From positions 256,001 to 320,000 of the forward strand of contig CAWKDC010000001.1 of assembly GCA_963848305.1 (NCBI GenBank): a stretch of DNA of 64,000 nt, written 5' to 3'. The translations under genes were made by a program, and so were the position numbers. This stretch comes from an uncultured Gammaproteobacteria bacterium (GTDB lineage: Bacteria > Pseudomonadota > Gammaproteobacteria > JABCZS01). Below are positions 60,492 through 64,000 of the stretch, piece after piece (position 1 is the first letter of the stretch; each line of letters opens with the position of its first letter). A model generated the notes under the pieces. It searched no databases. It had not been told where the DNA came from and saw only the letters and a program-made list of their open reading frames with translations.

Positions 60492-61268
60492 ATGATCATT
60501 CCATTGGTTAACATATTCATCGGCATGTTCATCCTCATGTCTGTTTTGTGGTTATATCAAGTTGTTACACGCAATGCAACCATTGTCGATGTAGGATGGG
60601 CTTATGGCATGGGTGCTTCCAGCGTTTATCTTGCGCTCGCTACACATGGTGATATGGGCGTTGGGCTTCTTGCATCGATATTATTACTGATATGGTCATT
60701 ACGATTAGGTACGTATTTATTCAGAGCACGTATACTGAGTGGCGAGGGTGAAGATACGCGCTATCAAACGATGCGTAAGAAAATGGGCAATAGGGCAAAT
60801 CTCATGTTTTTTATTTTATTTCAAGCGCAAAGTCTTTTTGTGCTGCTATTCATGGCACCGCTGCTCGTTGTCTTTGATCGATTGCAGCCTCTTTGGCAAT
60901 GGCATGATATCCTTGCTGTGATTATTTGGACAGTGGCTGTTGCGGGAGAAACGATTTCGGACAAACAATTACATGCATTTAAACAAAATCCGGAAAATCG
61001 TGGTAAAACTTGTCAGATCGGTCTGTGGCAATTCTCTCGTCATCCTAATTATTTTTTTGAATGGTTACACTGGTTTACCTACCCACTCATAGCATGGGGT
61101 GCACCCAATGCGATTTTGACATGGGTGCTGCCAGCGATCATGTTGCTTTTTTTATGGAAAATGACGGGCATCCCTTTCAGTGAATCTCAAGCGTTAGAGC
61201 ATCGCAGTGATTACGCGGCTTATCAACGTAAAACATCTATGCTGATCCCATGGTTTAAAGGCAAATAA
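60492..61268 (+). CDS. DUF1295 (steroid 5-alpha reductase-like) membrane protein
   Basis: IVDVGW, WSLRLG, EDTRY, D.QL..FK and GLWQFSRHPNYFFEW. Confidence 0.88.
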   Translation: MIIPLVNIFIGMFILMSVLWLYQVVTRNATIVDVGWAYGMGASSVYLALATHGDMGVGLLASILLLIWSLRLGTYLFRARILSGEGEDTRYQTMRKKMGNRANLMFFILFQAQSLFVLLFMAPLLVVFDRLQPLWQWHDILAVIIWTVAVAGETISDKQLHAFKQNPENRGKTCQIGLWQFSRHPNYFFEWLHWFTYPLIAWGAPNAILTWVLPAIMLLFLWKMTGIPFSESQALEHRSDYAAYQRKTSMLIPWFKGK

Positions 61269-61280
61269 TCAGGAAATAAA

Positions 61281-61622
61281 ATGCATCCTTACATTTATTC
61301 AATCGGTTTGTTAATGATCTCAAATGTATTCATGACATTTGCTTGGTATGCGCATCTCAAAGAATTAAGCGGCAATAAATGGTATATCGCTGCACTGCTC
61401 AGTTGGGGCCTTGCTTTTTTTGAATATATTTTTCAGGTACCAGGTAATCGTATCGGCTACACTGTGATGGATTTGTCTCAGCTCAAAATTTTGCAAGAAT
61501 GCATCACACTCACCGTTTTTGTCCCATTCGCGCTGTTTTATATGAATGCGCCCTTAAAATGGGATTATTTGTGGGCAGGATTATGCATGATTGGTGCCGT
61601 TTATTTCATTTTTAGACAATAA
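61281..61622 (+). CDS. DUF486/DMT-family small membrane protein
   Basis: SNVFMTFAWYAHLK, FEY.FQVP.NRIG and QLKILQE. Confidence 0.88.
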   Translation: MHPYIYSIGLLMISNVFMTFAWYAHLKELSGNKWYIAALLSWGLAFFEYIFQVPGNRIGYTVMDLSQLKILQECITLTVFVPFALFYMNAPLKWDYLWAGLCMIGAVYFIFRQ

Positions 61623-61701
61623 CAAAATAGCACTCAATCCGTTACGGGTGAAATTGTTCAGCTATAATTATGATAATTCAATCCACCCTGAGGGTATTCT
61701 T

Positions 61702-62229
61702 ATGAAAAAATCTATGTTGATGCTCGCGTCCACGGCGCTTATTTTTAGCTCTACAGCTTACTCACTTTCGACGTCACAAACAACGGTTTCAGCGACTGAA
61801 GCAAAAATCGGCTATGACTGCTACGTCTCTATTATTGATAATGCCGCTGCAAAACTGTCACAATATCCATGTTACAGTACGAACAAAAAAGGTGTCGCGC
61901 AGGGCACGCAAGATGTTAACAGCCTGACCCTTGGCACTCAGGGTCAGACTTTCGTGATTGCGCCCCCCGCTTTCACCTGTACAGCCAAAAACAGCTGCAG
62001 CGCTTCTGTTTATGTGGGCCTGTCGGCGACGGGGGCATATCCAATCACAATGTCTAAGTCAGCAGCAAGCAAGCTTGAGCTCTCGATTGCAAACTCATGC
62101 CCCAAAAACGCTCAAAATGCTTTAGTCACTAATGGAGGTGTCACAGGTAACGACGGGATGTGTCTCTTACTATGGACATTTGCGAAAGCAAGTGATTTGA
62201 CCAAATTTGAATTTACGGTTAAGCCCTAA
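61702..62229 (+). CDS. Secreted Cys-containing protein, array member 1
   Basis: MKKSMLMLAST signal, FVIAPP and C-terminal DLTKFEFTVKP. Confidence 0.75.
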   Translation: MKKSMLMLASTALIFSSTAYSLSTSQTTVSATEAKIGYDCYVSIIDNAAAKLSQYPCYSTNKKGVAQGTQDVNSLTLGTQGQTFVIAPPAFTCTAKNSCSASVYVGLSATGAYPITMSKSAASKLELSIANSCPKNAQNALVTNGGVTGNDGMCLLLWTFAKASDLTKFEFTVKP

Positions 62230-62239
62230 TAATCTCAAA

Positions 62240-62280
62240 AAGCCTTATTCCCTGTGATTGTATGCGAGGGAATAAGGCTT
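62240..62280 (+). repeat. Intergenic stem-loop 1 of the array
   Basis: aagccttattccct...agggaataaggctt, 14-bp stem. Confidence 0.75.
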
Positions 62281-62302
62281 GCTTTAACTATAGGAGCCTT
62301 TT

Positions 62303-62785
62303 ATGAAAAAAACTATTCTGATACTCGCGTCAACAACATTGTTATTTGGTTCTGTAGCTTATTCGGATTCAGCAACAGCGATTGATTATGTCTGCGCTAT
62401 TTATACGAACGTGCACGCTCAAGACAATATGTACATACAACACAAATGTTATTCTACGAAGAAGAGTGGAAAAGCAAATGCAACTGTCGATGGCACTTAT
62501 CCCATTGGCAAAGACGGTCTTGAGTTTGTGATTAAACCACCCGCATCAACCTGCTGCGGTCAAATTTCGGCGGCGCTAGTGACAACAGGTGCATATGTGA
62601 TCACAATGGCTGCCAGCCCCGAAGAAGCTTATCTTGACTATGATCCAAATGTATCTGGTGCCCAGTGCACAAAAATCAGCGACGGTCACTATGAAACTAA
62701 TGCAACTTACGGTTGCGCACTTACCTGGAATTATAACAGTGTCAATGATTTTACCGAACTTAAGTTTACGGTTAAACCGCAATAA
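62303..62785 (+). CDS. Secreted Cys-containing protein, array member 2
   Basis: MKKTILILASTTLLFGSVAYS, EFVIKP and DFTELKFTVKPQ. Confidence 0.8.
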   Translation: MKKTILILASTTLLFGSVAYSDSATAIDYVCAIYTNVHAQDNMYIQHKCYSTKKSGKANATVDGTYPIGKDGLEFVIKPPASTCCGQISAALVTTGAYVITMAASPEEAYLDYDPNVSGAQCTKISDGHYETNATYGCALTWNYNSVNDFTELKFTVKPQ

Positions 62786-62795
62786 TCTTAAAAAG

Positions 62796-62833
62796 GCCTT
62801 ATTGTCGGTGAAGTTAATGTTAGACAATAAGGC
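62796..62833 (+). repeat. Intergenic stem-loop 2 of the array
   Basis: gccttattgtc...gacaataaggc, 11-bp stem. Confidence 0.75.
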
Positions 62834-62857
62834 TTATTTTCACTATGGGAGCCTTTT

Positions 62858-63322
62858 ATGAAAAAATCTATTTTGATACTCGCGTCGACAACATTGTTAT
62901 TTGGTTCTGTAGCTTATTCGAAGCAGGCACAACCCGCAACGTCGACGACTTCAACATACAATATTCAATATATTTGTCAAGTTACCGCGAGCAACAATGC
63001 TCAACACGACTGTTATATGAGAAACAGTAATACGCATGCAGTAACTGGGACTGTAAATGGCACATATGCCTTTGGTGAAGCTGGTAAAGAATTTGTGATT
63101 AAACCTGCAGCTCTCGGTACAATTGCTGTTATCCTGCAGCAAGCAAGTGTTCCCTATATTATCAGCATGTCTGACACCCCGGAAAAAAGCAATCTTACCA
63201 GCATGAACTGCACAAAAAATGCCGACGGTACCATCGATAATGTTGCGATTTGTGAGCTTGTGTTTAATTATGCCCATAAGAGTGATTTCACTGAGCTTAA
63301 ATTCACGATTATACCGCAATAA
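62858..63322 (+). CDS. Secreted Cys-containing protein, array member 3
   Basis: MKKSILILASTTLLFGSVAYS, EFVIKP and DFTELKFTIIPQ. Confidence 0.8.
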   Translation: MKKSILILASTTLLFGSVAYSKQAQPATSTTSTYNIQYICQVTASNNAQHDCYMRNSNTHAVTGTVNGTYAFGEAGKEFVIKPAALGTIAVILQQASVPYIISMSDTPEKSNLTSMNCTKNADGTIDNVAICELVFNYAHKSDFTELKFTIIPQ

Positions 63323-63408
63323 GCTGTGTAACCTTTGGCATTGTTCGGGCGCACTGTCGGGCGCCCGGACAGTGGATTAAATAGGAATTTACCCCGGCGA
63401 AAGCCGAC

Positions 63409-64000
63409 CTACAATGCCGTCACGACCACTGGCTTCTCGATCGGACCGCGATCTGTTTGCAATTTCACCACCACTTCCTTCGCACCCTTCACTTCTTTCC
63501 ACTTCAATGGCCAGACTTTAGATTGTTCTGGAAGCAAATAAACAAATTTGTCTTTGGTCACCGTGGTTTCCAAAGGTTTTTCCTCACCTTGGTAAAAATC
63601 GATATTCGTGATTTGAATATGACGATTGCCAGCATTCTTAATATGCAATTCCAAATCACCATTAGGCAAAGATTTTGTATCAATACTCAAATCATCGATT
63701 TTGTTTTTCGGTTCAATGAAAACGGGTATGCTAAAGCGAATAAGGGTCTCGACCTGAAAAGAATCAGTCTTGTTTTTAGAAGGAACCTGCGTTGCAATCA
63801 CACGGTAGGTGTGCTCAATTTTGGGATTCAGTGGCGCGCGAAGACCAACGCGCACCAACTGATAACTTTCCTCAGCAATGTTGGCAATGGGTGGATTCAA
63901 GATTATGTCTTTCGTATCGGTGTAAACATCTTTCCCTTCTTCCTGCGTCCATTTGAATGCCTTCAATTGAAACAACACAGGATCCTTACCCGCATTCACC
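63409..64000 (-). CDS. Fimbrial chaperone (PapD/CsuC-like), 5' end outside window
   Basis: PP......QLVRVG...EHTYRV..QVP, RFSIPVF, NAGNRH and YLLP. Confidence 0.8.
   Translation of the reverse strand, partial: VNAGKDPVLFQLKAFKWTQEEGKDVYTDTKDIILNPPIANIAEESYQLVRVGLRAPLNPKIEHTYRVIATQVPSKNKTDSFQVETLIRFSIPVFIEPKNKIDDLSIDTKSLPNGDLELHIKNAGNRHIQITNIDFYQGEEKPLETTVTKDKFVYLLPEQSKVWPLKWKEVKGAKEVVVKLQTDRGPIEKPVVVTAL

Noticed and set aside
1-64000. tRNA, rRNA or known ncRNA genes
   Set aside because: None recognised by eye. A tRNAscan-SE/Infernal run would be needed to exclude them.

Overview
Chromosomal replication-terminus region of a probable Legionellales-like gammaproteobacterium. The taxon is inferred from PAS-LuxR, ankyrin and CaaX-type ORFs and the gene content. 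A near-canonical dif site sits at 1861-1888. A Tn554-like TnpA/TnpB/TnpC element appears to have integrated inside its XerD arm through a 7-bp ATGTTAA core. The element carries a DUF4209/HEPN-like cargo gene and has two identical 32-bp right ends (7874-7905, 8615-8646) that bracket a deaminase gene like a cassette. A decayed IS1202-family element abuts the XerC side. Downstream come effector-like ORFs, a MazE fused to a MazF tail, a TyrP/tandem DOPA-dioxygenase/LysR locus, phhAB, mdh, an OmpR/EnvZ-type pair, a FecR-CpdA-CHASE2 cyclase module, mfd and an ABC transporter. These are followed by a phosphoramidate (Cj1416-1418-like) operon with a TagF-like transferase, a sulfatase-like transferase, a YidC paralog and a small AYIDPGSG peptide. 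The window ends with rlmN, umuDC, a HEPN/MNT pair, a class C beta-lactamase-like gene and an array of three variable secreted paralogs. Several genes have single-base frameshifts, mostly in homopolymers, which are probably sequencing errors. All calls come from motif recognition by eye; no searches were run.
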